From the IMG/VR virus record IMGVR_UViG_3300032320_000771: a DNA stretch of 64,000 bases. One strand, 5' to 3'. The stretch's first letter is position 1, and each line of letters begins with the position of its first letter. The position numbers and the translations under genes were made by a program. The stretch is from an uncultured virus (IMG/VR IMGVR_UViG_3300032320_000771) (Duplodnaviria; Heunggongvirae; Uroviricota; Caudoviricetes). This document shows positions 63,689 through 64,000 of this stretch, in pieces. The notes under the pieces are model-generated. The model saw only the letters and a program-made list of their open reading frames with translations, made no database searches and had not been told where the DNA came from.

Positions 63689-64000
63689 TTATTTTTTACC
63701 TTTTTTACGTGCATTTTTCTTAGCTCCAGCAATTCTGTCTGCTGCAGTTGCTTTATCATATGGAGGTGCTAAAGCAGCAAATTTCTTAACTGATCCACCT
63801 GATTTATATTTGTCTCTATTACCACAACTTCCATCAGGCATTCTTACTAAACCACCTTTACAAACAGGAAGTGAAGATGCACCACCAACTTTCATAGAAT
63901 ATGGTCCAGTAGTACCACTATTTGCAAGACCATTTCTAGTAATAATGTCATTTAACATTTTACTTGTATTAGTCATACCACCAACACTCATCTTTTTTAC
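63689..64000 (-). CDS. basic protein with repeated [MY]xxGG motifs, 5'-truncated by the window edge
   Basis: Frame open to 64000 (VKKMSVGG...); MSVGG, MKVGG, CKGG, YKSGG; C-terminal FAALAPPYDKATAADRIAGA. Confidence 0.7.
   Translation of the reverse strand, partial: VKKMSVGGMTNTSKMLNDIITRNGLANSGTTGPYSMKVGGASSLPVCKGGLVRMPDGSCGNRDKYKSGGSVKKFAALAPPYDKATAADRIAGAKKNARKKGKK

Larger units (their letters stand above)
1..64000. mobile_element. crAss-like (Crassvirales-related) bacteriophage genome segment: virion structural, tail and cargo/vRNAP module
   Basis: Giant DFDID-type RNA polymerase among three >2,400 aa genes. The order ring proteins / IHF-like / large tail protein / cargo matches known crAss-like layouts. 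Dense co-oriented genes, no host housekeeping genes. Confidence 0.9.

Noticed and set aside
819..63991. Stop-codon reassignment (TAG or TGA), as in some crAss-like phages
   Set aside because: ORFs are uninterrupted under the standard code, and TAG (52961) and TGA (54669) serve as real stops at tight gene junctions.
1..64000. CRISPR arrays, tRNA/rRNA genes, introns, inteins, integrase or a DGR
   Set aside because: Intergenic gaps are under ~130 nt, with no regular repeat-spacer units or cloverleaf. I saw no intein termini, reverse transcriptase or recombinase motifs.
1..64000. Eukaryotic or giant-virus origin suggested by SET, AT-hook and Cys-rich domains
   Set aside because: Operonic TAATG/ATGA coupling, intrinsic terminators, LysM, an IHF-like gene and a crAss-type vRNAP all indicate a bacteriophage.

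Overview
This AT-rich window is part of a lytic crAss-like (Crassvirales-related) podophage genome. The host is probably Bacteroidota: there are no Shine-Dalgarno motifs, leaders are A-rich and many genes overlap at TAATG/ATGA. About 63 kb is one minus-strand late/virion module. Read from the right end, it encodes small basic KxGG proteins, a ring protein, a ferritin-like protein, a probable auxiliary capsid protein, Cys-rich tail/fibre proteins, an HU/IHF-like protein, two more ring proteins and a large tail muzzle protein. Then come four modular 1.1-1.8 kaa putative cargo proteins, a 1052 aa cargo protein and three giant ejection proteins (~2432, 3789 and 2563 aa). The 3789 aa protein is a virion RNA polymerase (GADFDIDK). 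Notable patterns: (1) by manual scan the three giant proteins have only four cysteines in ~8,800 aa, all at the termini facing the neighbouring gene, suggesting a head-to-tail linked ejection chain; (2) the four mid-size cargo proteins and the small basic proteins are punctuated by a recurring [FYM]xxGG / LPKAxxG motif that delimits unrelated modules, including a SET methyltransferase; (3) accessory domains (NADAR, DUF4326-like, nucleotidyltransferase, PD-(D/E)XK, LysM) are embedded in the giant proteins, some between DNA direct repeats; (4) there are two recurrent intergenic motifs. All family calls come from motif recognition by eye; no database search was run.
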